From Coniocarpon cinnabarinum (taxonomy: Eukaryota), in NCBI GenBank assembly GCA_051942205.1, contig JAVECO010000139.1:1-63339 (forward strand): a stretch of 63,339 nucleotides of DNA, in the 5' to 3' direction. Positions within the stretch are counted from its first letter, which is position 1, and every line of letters begins with the position of its first letter. Both the position numbers and the translations under genes were made by a program. This document shows, piece after piece, positions 62,477 through 63,339 of the stretch. Under the pieces are notes generated by a model. The model saw only the letters and a program-made list of their open reading frames with translations. It made no database searches and was not told where the DNA came from.

Positions 62477-63339
62477 ATGACATCACAATACACATCCAGC
62501 TATCCTTCTAGTCCCTCGTTTCCTGCGAAATTCAAGAGGTTTCTCGAGGAGTTTTACAAAATCAGTGATACCCCTGAGGCGCATGAGATGTATGCGAGGC
62601 AGTTTACTCCTGAGGGGAGTTTGAGTATTGGGGGGAAGAAGGCGAAGGGACGGGATGGTATGTGATTTCGGTTTACCCCCTTTTGGTTCCCTTTTGGTTC
62701 CCTTTTGGTTCTCTTTTGGTTTGATTTGTTCGCTCTTGCTTTTTTGCGTTTGGTATTCGTTTGTCTTTGGTATTTTCGCTCTTGGTATTTGTTTGTCTTT
62801 GTGACTGCTTTGCTGTCTAGCCTTGAATCCACTTGTCGAGTTATGCAGCTACCTGTCTGGCCACCTTTCATGTGTCCATCCAGCCGCAGGGGCCTCGTAG
62901 GGAAGCACTCGCTACACATTAGTGGCCCGTGTTTCTCTTATCGTACAGGATCATCTCCTAGATTGAAGTCCAGCAGCTACATTTGTCCGCAGCCCTTGCA
63001 GTCTTTCACTTGCTTATGTGACCAACATTAAACGATCTTTGCATCTCCGCCAGCCAATCAACCCCTCAAAACACCCAATAGACCATCCCTTCCAAAGCAC
63101 GAAAAGTGATCAATCATGCTGATCAATGAACAGAGATCGTCAAGTTCAGACACACAATGTGGGAAAAAGTCTCCTCAAGATCCCACAACCCGACCCAGAT
63201 TTTCCCGTTTGGCTCTGTGTCCGAGACAAGCTCCGAAGCAGAAGTGATGCTGTATGGGACTGTGGAGTTTGGGTTGAAAGCGGGAGGGTCTAATGTGGTG
63301 CCCTGGGCGGCGCGGGGGGTTCTGGAGGTTATGCAGGGG
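62477..63339 (+). CDS. SnoaL/NTF2-like domain protein, 3'-truncated by the window edge (exons 62477-62657, 63134->)
   Basis: FLEEFYKISDTPEAHEMYARQFT, G.DEIVKFRHTMWEKV.SRSH, EVMLYGTV...VPWAAR; 476-nt intron. Confidence 0.8.

Overview
Gene-dense window from a filamentous ascomycete (Pezizomycotina), judged from short GT-AG introns with CTRAC/GCTAA branch points and fungal orthologs. Conserved genes: GST, cytochrome P450, NDUFAF5, dynactin p62, ARC15, SCS3/FIT, MED31, SF3B5, MED15, EFR3, a RAD51D-like paralog, a putative Mto2/Spa18-like protein, a PTH11-like membrane protein and a SnoaL-like protein. Interleaved with these are six orphan transmembrane/helical genes (five with coiled-coil character), two tandem GPI-protein paralogs, and three secreted-protein genes with in-frame stops but otherwise intact frames. 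Two signals are missed by the ORF track. (1) A spliced candidate micropeptide gene (34 aa, MTVQNTIEMANCGRGAYDTTGTPKPKPNPPRPDK) whose first ATG is created by splicing, behind an ~790-nt ATG-free leader. (2) Inverted arrays of a degenerate ~110-bp AT-rich repeat bracketing the RAD51-paralog gene. Exon models were traced by hand and family calls rest on motif recognition; no database searches were run. No tRNA, rRNA, CRISPR array or transposase was recognised.
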